A DNA stretch of 64,000 bases from Candidatus Hodarchaeota archaeon (lineage in GTDB: Archaea; Asgardarchaeota; Lokiarchaeia; Sigyniarchaeales; SOKP01): positions 23,946-87,945 of the forward strand of contig JBHLKM010000010.1 in assembly GCA_048886685.1 (NCBI GenBank). Direction: 5' to 3'. Below, piece after piece: positions 37,996 through 48,047 of this stretch (the stretch's first letter is position 1; the number at the start of each line of letters is the position of its first letter). The translations under genes were made by a program, and so were the position numbers. The notes under the pieces are model-generated. The model saw only the letters and a list, made by a program, of their open reading frames with translations. It searched no databases and was not told the DNA's origin.

Positions 37996-38139
37996 AGATT
38001 AAATGCATCCGTAGATTTAACTTAAATTCAATAGACAAAATTAATAACTAAAATTCTACATAGGTTTTTTATTTATTGATTTAAAACCATATCATTTAAC
38101 TAAAATCTACTAGGACGATTTTTTCTCTTAAAACGTCTT

Positions 38140-38973
38140 TTAAGTTATATCCACGCGCTCTTCGAACCTGGCAATCAACTGATCAATACGACTATAATCA
38201 TCTATAGAAATGGAAATTGCTCCGTTAGGGCATACCCTTTCACAACGACCGCATCCCATACAGTTCTCCTGATTAATCATTGTCTTGTTGTTTTTCATTT
38301 TCAATCCGTCATATATACAGAATTTAAAACATTTCCCACAACCTTCACAGAGATCTCTATTTACTCTTACTTCAACACCCTCCATTTTTTTTACAATTTT
38401 TTTATAATCGGATGGGCCATATTTCATTAGACTTACAACGCAGCAGCAAGAGCAACAGTGACAAATAGACATAAATTGATCCTCATACTCTAACACCCTA
38501 TATATAACCGCATCACCTCTCAGTTTTCCTAAATGGGGAACCAACCCATTTTCATATGCCAAACGTTCTCGCTCTAAAGCTTCCTCCTTCGTTGCAATAT
38601 ATGCTCCGGGCCACCTAGATAAATCCATGTTAGCGGCTCCTTTCCCCATCCAAGTACAGCCCAGATGAACATTGTGATTTTCACACTTATTGGCTATACG
38701 GCATGGACAATCCATCAAAACTATGGTCCCCGCCTTATTAATAAAGTATTCTGTGACTTTACGTGGCACTATCTGATCCTCATAAGTGCCCAAAGACAAA
38801 TTTACTGGTATAGGACTACCTGTTTGTTTTTCAAAATCATCATAATGGGCGCGTTTTCTGTATATACGTTTTATTATTGGCAATTTAGCAAACTTGGACA
38901 ATTTCTTCACTTTACTCGCCCACGGGGTGTTCATCTCGATTGGCTTTAAATCTAACTTTTGATTTCTCCTCAA
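38140..38973 (-). CDS. Cys-rich 4Fe-4S dicluster protein
   Basis: CPCR..C..C, CHCCSCCC, CEGCGKC...C and CMGCGRCERVCP motifs. Confidence 0.88.
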   Translation of the reverse strand: MRRNQKLDLKPIEMNTPWASKVKKLSKFAKLPIIKRIYRKRAHYDDFEKQTGSPIPVNLSLGTYEDQIVPRKVTEYFINKAGTIVLMDCPCRIANKCENHNVHLGCTWMGKGAANMDLSRWPGAYIATKEEALERERLAYENGLVPHLGKLRGDAVIYRVLEYEDQFMSICHCCSCCCVVSLMKYGPSDYKKIVKKMEGVEVRVNRDLCEGCGKCFKFCIYDGLKMKNNKTMINQENCMGCGRCERVCPNGAISISIDDYSRIDQLIARFEERVDIT

Positions 38974-39179
38974 TTGATCACCTTCAATGACAATTTAAAT
39001 ATTAAATATGTAAATGATTATTAAAGCTTATTAAATAGAGGGAAAATAAAAACTCAAATCTGTTCTCTTTCATGGTTATGTAATCTTTCTTGGCTTGTTG
39101 CTCTATTAGGATCTTAAAGTCTTAAAGGAAATTATTCAAAGGTTCGTTAAAAGAAATTAAAGAAAAAAATGGATTTAAA

Positions 39180-39581
39180 CTATTTTTTTACATTAGTTTT
39201 TATAAATTCTACAATATCCGATGTCATTGACCCTGGACCATAAACATTTGCCACACCCATTTCTCTTAATTTTGGAAAATCTTTTGCAGGGATGACTCCT
39301 CCCAATAAAATCATAATGTTATCAATTACGCCTCGTTCTTTTAATAAATCAATAACTTCTTGAGTATACGCAAAGTGAGCTCCAGAATGAATGCTCAACC
39401 CAATAACATCTACATCTTCTTGGATTGCTGCCTCTACAATTTGTTGAACATTTTGGAAACCTCCGAAAATAAGTTCCATACCAGCATCTCTTATAGCTCT
39501 TGATACGACAATACCTCCGCGCCAATGCCCATCGATGCCAGGTTTTGACATTAGCACTCTAATTTTCTTTTCAGACATCAC
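39180..39581 (-). CDS. B12-binding small subunit of an acyl-CoA mutase
   Basis: KPGIDGHWRG (DxHxxG), AAIQEDVDVIGLS and GGVIP motifs. GAGGTG SD upstream. The start may be the ATG at 39578. Confidence 0.93.
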   Translation of the reverse strand: MMSEKKIRVLMSKPGIDGHWRGGIVVSRAIRDAGMELIFGGFQNVQQIVEAAIQEDVDVIGLSIHSGAHFAYTQEVIDLLKERGVIDNIMILLGGVIPAKDFPKLREMGVANVYGPGSMTSDIVEFIKTNVKK

Positions 39582-39596
39582 ATATACACCTCAAAT

Positions 39597-41273
39597 TTAA
39601 ATTGCTAAAGGAGGTTCCCAAACACCCCAAATTTCTCTATAAATATCACAAATTTCGCCTACGGTGGCTCCTTCTTTTGTAGCTTCCATAACCACTGGCA
39701 TAACATTTTCTTCTTTCTCACATACATTTCGCAATTTATCTAAAATTTTCTCAAGTTTTGCATTATCTCTTCGAGCTTTAAGTTTTTCAATACGTCGAAC
39801 TTCAATGTCAATCGCTTCTTTATTTGTTCTAAATACATCAGTAACAGTGTCATAAGGAACTTCATATTTATTAACACCAAGCATGATCTCATCTCTTGCT
39901 TCAATACGCATCCTTCTCTTATGAAAGGCATCTCTCATTTCCTTATATAAGAATCCAGTTGAGAGTGCTTTATCGATTGTACCAACTTTTTGAATTTTAT
40001 CTATATATTTCCATACACGTTCTTCAACTTCATCGGTTAACCATTCAATAAAATATGAACCTGCGAGTGGATCAATAGTGTTATGAATTCTTGTTTCGTC
40101 CGATATAACTTGTTGAGTCCTTAAGGCAACTAAGGCAGCTTCTTCAGATGGTAAGCAAATAGCCTCGTCATAAGAATTAGTATGTAGTGATTGACATCCA
40201 CCTAAGTTTGCTTCCAAAGCTTGAATTGCTGTTCTTATTATATTTATCTTAGGTAATTGAGCTGTTAAAGAAGATCCTGCAGTTTGGACATGGAATCGAA
40301 AACCAAGGTTTCTCGGATCTTTAGCTTCATATTTATCTTTCATTAATTTGTACCATATTCTCCTTGCAGCTCTGAACTTTGCAATCTCTTCAAAGAAATC
40401 TTTATGTGCTGCTAAGTGAAAAGCAAGGCGACCCACAAAATCATCAACTTTCCATCCTCGGTCAATGAGGTTATCGATATGAGAGCAAGCACTAGCAAAA
40501 ACAAATCCAAGTTCTTGGACAGCATCAATCCCTCCTTCGCGATAATTATATCCTGTAAAATTGATCGGGTGCCACCTAGGAACATTTTTCATAGGAACAG
40601 TCCACTCAATGAAATCACATGCTAAGCGTAGAATGTGATTTGGAGGACAATTTTTATAGGGTATATAACCTACAGTCATGGTTAAAATGTCATTTTGTGT
40701 TGTACCTGTTAATTGGCTTATGTCATATCCTCGCATTTGTGCCATATTAAAGTACATAGCACATACCGGGGCAGAAGTGAATGGTTCAACGACTAATGCT
40801 ACGCTAATTTTGTCAATAGGTATATCTTCAGTTAAAGCAAAAAGACTATCTATGCAATACAGCGGTACTCCTGATGTTCCAACTTCTGGCGCTCCTTCTG
40901 GATTAGTAGGGTCAATCCCGTTAAATGTTAAGGCATCAACCGCTGCGCTAAACCCAGTTTCACCATTTTCATAAAGAAATTTCCATCTTTTATTGGTTTC
41001 TTCAGGAGTTCCATGACCTGAAAAAAGTCTCATTGTCCATAAACGCCCTCTATACATAGAGGGATAAACACCACGTGTATAAGGTGGTACTCCAGGAAAA
41101 CTGATATCACTTAAATATTCTTTATCTTTTATATCTAAAGGTGTATAAAGGTTCTTAATAGGAATCTCAGAGTCAGTTACAAATTTAACATCTCGTTCTT
41201 TCAGACTTTCATAAAGTTTTTCCCACTTTTCTTTTTCTTCTCTAATTTTTTCTAAATAGTTTTTATCAAACAA
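39597..41273 (-). CDS. acyl-CoA mutase large subunit (methylmalonyl-CoA mutase family, non-canonical active site)
   Basis: PG.PPYTRGVY..MY, GTTQNDIL, FFEEIAKFRAARR, QSLHTNSYDEA, ALRTQQ and DPLAGSY motifs. Confidence 0.93.
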   Translation of the reverse strand: MFDKNYLEKIREEKEKWEKLYESLKERDVKFVTDSEIPIKNLYTPLDIKDKEYLSDISFPGVPPYTRGVYPSMYRGRLWTMRLFSGHGTPEETNKRWKFLYENGETGFSAAVDALTFNGIDPTNPEGAPEVGTSGVPLYCIDSLFALTEDIPIDKISVALVVEPFTSAPVCAMYFNMAQMRGYDISQLTGTTQNDILTMTVGYIPYKNCPPNHILRLACDFIEWTVPMKNVPRWHPINFTGYNYREGGIDAVQELGFVFASACSHIDNLIDRGWKVDDFVGRLAFHLAAHKDFFEEIAKFRAARRIWYKLMKDKYEAKDPRNLGFRFHVQTAGSSLTAQLPKINIIRTAIQALEANLGGCQSLHTNSYDEAICLPSEEAALVALRTQQVISDETRIHNTIDPLAGSYFIEWLTDEVEERVWKYIDKIQKVGTIDKALSTGFLYKEMRDAFHKRRMRIEARDEIMLGVNKYEVPYDTVTDVFRTNKEAIDIEVRRIEKLKARRDNAKLEKILDKLRNVCEKEENVMPVVMEATKEGATVGEICDIYREIWGVWEPPLAI

Positions 41274-41447
41274 TCTTAAATCACGTCAACTTGCTAATTG
41301 ACTTTAAGTAATTTAATAAAAGATGTTTATATTTATTTTTTTAAATTGGATAATCAAGAACAATGAGATATTCATAATAACTCATTAGAGCCCTCATTCT
41401 TCGATTTTTAAATAAATTAAATATTATTTTATCGAAGTTTTTAGATT

Positions 41448-42104
41448 TTAAGTTGTGGTTATAGCAAAATCAAAATCCTCAGATTTATAAATCCTTATTC
41501 CCCTATCTTCGAACCCTAGTGATTTTAAAAAATTATATGATGCGTAATTATCAATATAAACTTCACTTCTTAATTCAATGATATTTTTTTTCTTAAAAAA
41601 TTCCCAAGCCGTAAGAGCCATGATTTTTCCCAGACCTTTTCTTTGAAAACGAGGAATTACACCCATTGCAACGATTATACCATATTCCTGTTTTGGTCCT
41701 TCAAAATCTAATATCATAAAGCCAGCATCTATTCCATAAACTCTGGCTATAAATATGATTAAATCAGGATCGTTATATAAATCTTTAACGTCATCTATAG
41801 TTAAAGCTCGAAAAGGTTCATGAGAGGTTAACCAAGCTCTATTATACAAGGTTATAAGATTTTCGAGATCATTTTCTTTCACTTCTCTTATTTTTGCTTG
41901 AATAATATTGCGTTCTACATTTTCTTTTAAAACAGTTTCTACTTCTTTGGTTATCTTGTTTAATGGTAACACCATTTGGATATATTTCATTTCAAAATCG
42001 AGATTTTCTTCAATACTTTCTAACTTTTCTAAATTTTTTGGATTTTTCTCTAAAGTCAAGAAATAATTTCTGATTTTTCCTCTTCTATCTTTTTTATCAA
42101 TCAT
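41448..42104 (-). CDS. GNAT-family N-acetyltransferase
   Basis: GVIPRFQRKGLGK acetyl-CoA motif and N..SYNFLKSLGF. Confidence 0.9.
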   Translation of the reverse strand: MIDKKDRRGKIRNYFLTLEKNPKNLEKLESIEENLDFEMKYIQMVLPLNKITKEVETVLKENVERNIIQAKIREVKENDLENLITLYNRAWLTSHEPFRALTIDDVKDLYNDPDLIIFIARVYGIDAGFMILDFEGPKQEYGIIVAMGVIPRFQRKGLGKIMALTAWEFFKKKNIIELRSEVYIDNYASYNFLKSLGFEDRGIRIYKSEDFDFAITTT

Positions 42105-42422
42105 TTTAATTTAGTATTTTATAAATTCTCGTATTTCATTTGTTGAGATTTTTTATTATTTTTCATTCTGTCCCTATTTATTTTTGATTCATTTTATATA
42201 AAATTATATCATAAATTTTCATTTAAAGAGAAATAACAAATCATTTCTTCTCTTAATATTTAGATCATTAATTATTAAGAATATTACATATAAATCAACT
42301 TTTGGTCATTGATTTTTATTTAAAGACTTAAATATAATCCTTTTATTATCTTTAATTGAAAAAAAAAAAAAGATAAGAATGTAAAAAAAATTATTTCAAT
42401 TAAAAAAAAGAAGTGATGAAAA

Positions 42423-43067
42423 ATGGAAGAAGTAAAAAATATCGAAAAATTGGCAAATGAGAATACAAATATAGCTAAAGACGAAAAGCTAAAAGCACAA
42501 GAAATGAAAAATTTAACAAAGCAAGAAGTAAAAAGAGCAAAAGCTAGAGAAATGTTAGTTAAAAATGAGCTTGAATTAGCAAAGATAAGAGAAAGATTAG
42601 CTGAGAAAAGTAAAAAGTTAGTAGAAAGAAAAGAAAAGGTAAAAAATCTTCTAAAATTTTCTGAGGCTACTTTAAAAGCTGAATTAAATCAAGCACGATA
42701 TAATGAAAAAGTTGCAGAGATTCAAAAAGACGTGGCTGAAATTCAACGAAAGATTGCTAATATCGAAACTGAAATTGTGGAGGTTAAAGTAAAACTAGCA
42801 AACATGAAACTTGATGAAGCCAAGGAAAGAGATAATCTAGCAAAAAAGCAATTCGCTTATGTAAAATTAGTAAATAAAAATGCCCCTGGTGAGAAAGTAA
42901 CAAAAGCTGAGGAAGCATACCTTAAACAACAAAAAGAATTGACTAAATTTGAAACTGATGCTATGCAAATAAATAAAAATCTCGTGGAAAAACAGAATAA
43001 ATTAGCTAATCTTAAAAAAGAACAATCGGAAAAATTAGCAGAAAGGGAAAAAATTCGACCGGAATAA
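42423..43067 (+). CDS. all-helical coiled-coil protein, paralog 1
   Basis: Continuous heptads ending in LAEREKIRP. Paralogs lie at 46947 and 49038. Confidence 0.85.
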   Translation: MEEVKNIEKLANENTNIAKDEKLKAQEMKNLTKQEVKRAKAREMLVKNELELAKIRERLAEKSKKLVERKEKVKNLLKFSEATLKAELNQARYNEKVAEIQKDVAEIQRKIANIETEIVEVKVKLANMKLDEAKERDNLAKKQFAYVKLVNKNAPGEKVTKAEEAYLKQQKELTKFETDAMQINKNLVEKQNKLANLKKEQSEKLAEREKIRPE

Positions 43068-43175
43068 ATCCTCTCAAAAATAAATAGAAAATATTTGCTT
43101 TTATTTCTTTTCAAAATATTAAAAAAGAATAGAGTGGAAAAAAAAATTTAAAAATAAAAATTAGTTCTTTTTATA

Positions 43176-43823
43176 ATGAATCCCGAGGATATAATTGTAT
43201 ACATTAGTTTAGGAGTTTCAATTGCAGTTCTTTTCTTTATAATCTGGGATCACATAAAAGATGATAGAATTTTAGCGCGTGAGGTTCAAGATTTTTATAG
43301 CGACATAGAAATGTTAATTTTTACTAATCTCCAAGTGAAATATTACGAAATACTTCAAACAAATCAGGGAGAAATGAGTGAACAAGAATTAAAAACCTTA
43401 GTAAAAAATAAAAATCGAGATGTCATCCAAAAAAACTATTTAAATACTAAAATCAGTCAAAATTTTAAGTTATATGCCCAGTATCTTGGATTAACTTACA
43501 ATAAGGAAAATAATACCTATTTAAATGGAACTATCTATGTTTTAAAAATTGATGGTGCTCTATTAAAAAGAAACATCGAATCTAATACTGAAGAAATAAT
43601 AGTTACATTATATACAGAAATCAAACCTCAGCAGATTTCAGAATTAAATGTGTATCTTAATAGTCTACGCTTTTATTGGAAAAAAAAATATTATAAAGCT
43701 ATTTTTCGACCTCATTTACATCAAACAATAATTTTTGAGGATTTACTCGGATACATAAAACCTTTAGAACAAAAAAAGCAAAAATATTTCAGTATAGTTC
43801 GAAGAAAGGGAAGTAGAATATAA
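43176..43823 (+). CDS. hypothetical protein with N-terminal TM anchor
   Basis: 215-aa ORF with hydrophobic IIVYISLGVSIAVLFFIIW. Confidence 0.75.
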   Translation: MNPEDIIVYISLGVSIAVLFFIIWDHIKDDRILAREVQDFYSDIEMLIFTNLQVKYYEILQTNQGEMSEQELKTLVKNKNRDVIQKNYLNTKISQNFKLYAQYLGLTYNKENNTYLNGTIYVLKIDGALLKRNIESNTEEIIVTLYTEIKPQQISELNVYLNSLRFYWKKKYYKAIFRPHLHQTIIFEDLLGYIKPLEQKKQKYFSIVRRKGSRI

Positions 43824-43862
43824 TTATAAAAAACTCATAAAAAAGTTCTATCCCTATCACTC

Positions 43863-44786
43863 TTACGAAATTTTATATTTATAAATAATATCATAGACAT
43901 CCTTTGCAAATTTTGGTTGAAAATCAAATATTTTTTGTGAATTAAATGTTAATAACCGAAATTTAACAATTATGCTTATATTATAATCAACAATATCAAA
44001 TTGAGGTCTAATTCGAAAAATATTTTTTTGATTGTATAATTCACAAAGTTGTGTTATTTGATTAATAATTACTTGAAATCCTCTATAGGGAAAGGCCATT
44101 CTAAATGTATAGTTGAATAATTTTGGATAGTATTTAGTTGTAAAGGAGTCATAAGCTCTTTTTAAATTCTTTTCAAATTCCTTTCTAGATTTCAAATTAT
44201 CTACGAGTAAATCTTTAAATCCTATATCTTGAGGTGCTAAAATCTTACTCTTAAAATCATCAAAAGTCTTCTTTTTTCCTAATTTGATTGTATAATTGAC
44301 GATCTTAGACGTAAGAACTTGAGTATTTGATTTTTCAATTATTAGATTGTCAAATGTTTCTAATTTCACCTTGGTTAAATTTATTGCTCGAATTATTCCT
44401 TTATCTCCTTCAATTTTGACTAAATCATTGACTTCAAAAGGTCTTGTTAACATTATCACAATACCTGAAATAAAATTTGCAAATATACCACTTGAAGCAA
44501 AAGCTATTGCAGTACTAATTGCTCCTGTAAGTACAGCAGTGTAGGTTGGGTCAATTTTGGATATAATAGGAAAACCCTCAATGATAAAGAACACAATGAT
44601 AAGAACCGTAATGATTTTTAAAGCAAAATTAAAAATAATTTTTTGTTTTAAGGGTATTTTTGTACTTTTACTAAATATCCTAGAGATTAATTTGTTTAAT
44701 AAATATAAACTAATACCTATAATTAAGATGTATACCAATGCTTCCAAATCTGAACTAAAAATTGCCATTTTTAACTTTTCCCTCAT
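43863..44786 (-). CDS. mscS: small-conductance mechanosensitive channel family protein
   Basis: Three TM helices and AIAFA..IFANFISG...RPFEVNDLVKI.G.KG. The start may be MAIF at 44768. Confidence 0.85.
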   Translation of the reverse strand: MREKLKMAIFSSDLEALVYILIIGISLYLLNKLISRIFSKSTKIPLKQKIIFNFALKIITVLIIVFFIIEGFPIISKIDPTYTAVLTGAISTAIAFASSGIFANFISGIVIMLTRPFEVNDLVKIEGDKGIIRAINLTKVKLETFDNLIIEKSNTQVLTSKIVNYTIKLGKKKTFDDFKSKILAPQDIGFKDLLVDNLKSRKEFEKNLKRAYDSFTTKYYPKLFNYTFRMAFPYRGFQVIINQITQLCELYNQKNIFRIRPQFDIVDYNISIIVKFRLLTFNSQKIFDFQPKFAKDVYDIIYKYKIS

Positions 44787-45672
44787 CTAATTCATTGACA
44801 TTCAAACCATAATTTATTTCCTTTTCATAGATCTTATAAAGAATTTCTTTTATTAACGGGTCAGTATAGGTTAAAATTAAGTTTGGATCCTCAGTAATAA
44901 TTTGTATTGTAATACTTAATCTGTTAACGATACCACTGACTGTATTATTAGCATAAAAATATGGTTTTGTTCCAAAAATGGGTTCATACTTCTTAAAAAT
45001 GGGATTTAATAGTGTTTCAAGTTTTTCTGAATCCACTGAACCTAGAAGTTCAACTACTTTAATGTATCGTGTTATTTTTTTTTCGTGTGTTATTATTTTT
45101 CTTAATTTTTTAACCACTTCTGAAATTTCTATTTTCGTTTCTTTTTTAATAGGGATATGAGTATAACGAACTACTGATGAATTGAAGGCAGTCTTATTTG
45201 GAATATAAGTAATAGATCCATCAAAATCTAATAATTTCAGATTATTTAACGTAATTTCCTTTACAATTCCATCAACTTGATTAATTCTGACTAAATCGCC
45301 AGCCTCGAAACCTTCTGATGATAAAAGCATCACTCCTGATGCGATATTGTTTATTATATTTTGAAAAGTGAGAGAGATTGCGACCACCAGAAAAGAAATA
45401 ATCGCTACAAAATAAATTGGTGAAATAATAAAAATTAACCAAAATGGAAATAATAGCCATATTACATTTATAATTATCATAATTATATAACGAATGAGAA
45501 GAGTTTTAATCAAACTCTGAAGTACATCAATTAAAATCGATCTTAGGACATAGGCTACCAAATTCAGAATTAATACATTTAATAATAATTGTTCAAATCC
45601 AAAAAAAATATAAATCACAACAATTGTGCTTATAAATATCATCCATACAGCGATTTTATAAACCCTTTTCAT
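44755..45672 (-). CDS. mscS: small-conductance mechanosensitive channel family protein
   Basis: LTFQNIINNIASG...FEAGDLVRI..DGIVKEI...DG.ITYIPN. Confidence 0.85.
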   Translation of the reverse strand: MKRVYKIAVWMIFISTIVVIYIFFGFEQLLLNVLILNLVAYVLRSILIDVLQSLIKTLLIRYIIMIIINVIWLLFPFWLIFIISPIYFVAIISFLVVAISLTFQNIINNIASGVMLLSSEGFEAGDLVRINQVDGIVKEITLNNLKLLDFDGSITYIPNKTAFNSSVVRYTHIPIKKETKIEISEVVKKLRKIITHEKKITRYIKVVELLGSVDSEKLETLLNPIFKKYEPIFGTKPYFYANNTVSGIVNRLSITIQIITEDPNLILTYTDPLIKEILYKIYEKEINYGLNVNELDEGKVKNGNF

Positions 45673-45816
45673 AAGAAAGCCCTTATGTCTACTGAAATTA
45701 TAATTCTAAGCATTATATGTTTAATTTAAAAAAGATTAAGAAAACTTTAATTTTAAAAGTTGGCTTAATAAATTATTGTCATTAAAATTCTTTATTATTA
45801 ATTGATGTGAGATAAT

Positions 45817-46905
45817 TTGAAGAGGTTCTCTCGACCTTTCCGGAGGGTCATTCCTTCAATTAAAAGAAAAAAGAAGGTTGGTCTTCCACCGGGAACTCTT
45901 ATTTATACAGGCGATAAAAAAAAAGAAAAAACTAAAATTAAGGTAATAGAATATAGTGAGGATCATTATACTTACCAAGAATTTGCAGATATTCAGATTG
46001 ATCTTACTAAAATTGAAAAACCTTTAATTAAATGGATTGATATATATGGTCTTGCACAAGTAGAAGTTGTTGATGAAATTGGTCGTCAATTTAATCTACA
46101 TCCTCTTGTTTTAGAAGATATTTTAAGTCCAAATCAACGACCTAAACTAGAAGATTATGGAAATTATATTTTTGCAGTGTTTAATAAATTAAATTGGAAT
46201 GCTGAAGAAGAAGATTTTGAATATGAACAAGTCAGTTTGGTTTTAGGAGAAAATTATGTAATATCATTTCAAGAGCGTGATACTAGACTCTTTAATCCGA
46301 TTTATGAAAGAATTTATGTTCCAAAGGGAAGAGTTCGACTAATGGGTAGCGATTATTTATTTTATGTTTTAATCGATATTATCATTGATAATTATTTTGT
46401 TGTTTTGGAAAAAGTAGGTGAGGATATAGAAGATATTGAGGATATTTTAATAAAGAATCCTGAGCCTGAAACATTGCAACTTATCTACAAATTAAAAAGA
46501 TCTTCTATTGAGTTGAGGAAATCAATTTGGCCAATTAGGGAAGTGATTAATAAACTCCAACGTGAACAATCGAACCTGATTAGCAATGATTTGCAGATTT
46601 ATTTAAGAGATATATATGATCATATTTTCAGGATTAGTGATCTTTTGGAAAATTATCGGGATATTATTTTTGGAATGCTAGATATGTATCTTTCAAGTGT
46701 TAGTAATAAAATGAATGATATTATGAAAGTATTAACTATAATCTCTACAATTTTTATTCCACTATCATTTTTAGGGGGTTTTTATGGAATGAATTTTATC
46801 ATATATCAGAGTTTTCAATATGATTTGTTTATAATAGTCATAATTATGATGAGTTCTATCGCCACTTTGATGATTTTATTTTTCAAAAGGAAGAAATGGA
46901 TTTAG
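45817..46905 (+). CDS. corA: magnesium/cobalt transporter CorA
   Basis: GLPPGTL, LHPLVLEDI...QRPKLE, MNDIMKVLT and YGMNF motifs. Confidence 0.95.
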   Translation: MKRFSRPFRRVIPSIKRKKKVGLPPGTLIYTGDKKKEKTKIKVIEYSEDHYTYQEFADIQIDLTKIEKPLIKWIDIYGLAQVEVVDEIGRQFNLHPLVLEDILSPNQRPKLEDYGNYIFAVFNKLNWNAEEEDFEYEQVSLVLGENYVISFQERDTRLFNPIYERIYVPKGRVRLMGSDYLFYVLIDIIIDNYFVVLEKVGEDIEDIEDILIKNPEPETLQLIYKLKRSSIELRKSIWPIREVINKLQREQSNLISNDLQIYLRDIYDHIFRISDLLENYRDIIFGMLDMYLSSVSNKMNDIMKVLTIISTIFIPLSFLGGFYGMNFIIYQSFQYDLFIIVIIMMSSIATLMILFFKRKKWI

Positions 46906-46946
46906 AAGTAAAATAAATTTAAAGATATAATTTCAGAGTTTAAAGT

Positions 46947-47615
46947 TCATTCTGCAAGAATGACTCCAGGATGTCTAATTTTTTCTCTTTCTGCGAGTTT
47001 CAATGAAAATTCCTTTTTTAAATCAGCTAGTTTATTTTCTTTTTTTCTTATATCCTTTTCCTTTTCTAAAACATCATTTTTCTGTTTTATTAGCCTCTTC
47101 TTTTCGGTTTCAGCATCATTTTTAACTTTTGAAAGTTTGTCTTCTGAGGTGGGTGCTTTAGCGATTTTTAAATATGCTAATTGCTTATTAGCTAATTTAT
47201 CTCGTGCTTTTGCAACATCTAATTTTTCATTGGCTAATTTTAATTTTTCCTCAGCAATTTGTCTTTCTACTAAAGCAATTTTTTTATTTATTTCAGCTAT
47301 TTCCTTTTGATTTTTTGCAATCTGTTCATTATAAATTGCATAATTATTTTCAATTTTAAGTTCTTCATCAGAAAAATCCAAAATATTTTTTTTTTTAATT
47401 TCAGATTTTGTCTTCGCTAAGATCCTTCTTTTTTCCGCAAGATCTTTTTTTTTCTCTGACAATTCAAATTCAATCTTAAACAATTTTTCTCTAGCTTTTG
47501 ATTTTTTAATTTCAACTATCGCATTAATTTTAGATTTTTGTGCGAGTTCTTTCTCATATTGTGCAATTTTAGAATTTTGCTGAGCTTCTTTCTCAATATT
47601 ACTTAAATTATTCAT
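46947..47615 (-). CDS. all-helical coiled-coil protein, paralog 2
   Basis: Shares AREKL, YNEQIA, LANKQLAYLK and LAEREKIR with the other two. GGTGA SD upstream. Confidence 0.85.
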   Translation of the reverse strand: MNNLSNIEKEAQQNSKIAQYEKELAQKSKINAIVEIKKSKAREKLFKIEFELSEKKKDLAEKRRILAKTKSEIKKKNILDFSDEELKIENNYAIYNEQIAKNQKEIAEINKKIALVERQIAEEKLKLANEKLDVAKARDKLANKQLAYLKIAKAPTSEDKLSKVKNDAETEKKRLIKQKNDVLEKEKDIRKKENKLADLKKEFSLKLAEREKIRHPGVILAE

Positions 47616-47785
47616 TTCTTTTCACCATTAAAAATTGAGTTAATTAATTGAATTTAGTTACACTTTTTAGCTAGGAGAGATATTATTTAAATTTACCATA
47701 ATTTTTCATCTCTCAACTTTACTTTTTTTATAGAATTTTTAAAAAAATAAAACGATTTAGAATATCATATTTATAATTAAGATTT

Positions 47786-47977
47786 TTATCTTCTCTCCGT
47801 AATCACACTTATTTCTGAAATGGGAATATAAGAAATATTCTCATTTTTATCTTCTAATAATACAATGTCGAATTCATTTATAGATTTGATTCTTCCCGTA
47901 AATTCTTTACCAATCTCTTTAATGTAGATATAAACAAAATTATCGATTAAATCATCAAAAATTTTTCTTGGAATCAT
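47786..47977 (-). CDS. small Sm/Lsm-like fold protein
   Basis: 63 aa with a helix, then V.I..K..GKEFTGRIKSINEFDIVLL and YIPISEISVI. GAGGG SD upstream. Confidence 0.6.
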   Translation of the reverse strand: MIPRKIFDDLIDNFVYIYIKEIGKEFTGRIKSINEFDIVLLEDKNENISYIPISEISVITERR

Positions 47978-48047
47978 TTTTCTTGATTTCCCCTCTCTTC
48001 TTTTATTTTAAATTTTATTCGATTAATTTATACATCAGTTTCTTTTT

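Noticed and set aside
42359-42371. A13 homopolymer upstream of coiled-coil paralog 1 as a phase-variation tract
   Set aside because: Long A/T runs are common in intergenic DNA throughout this AT-rich window, and there is no evidence of variation.
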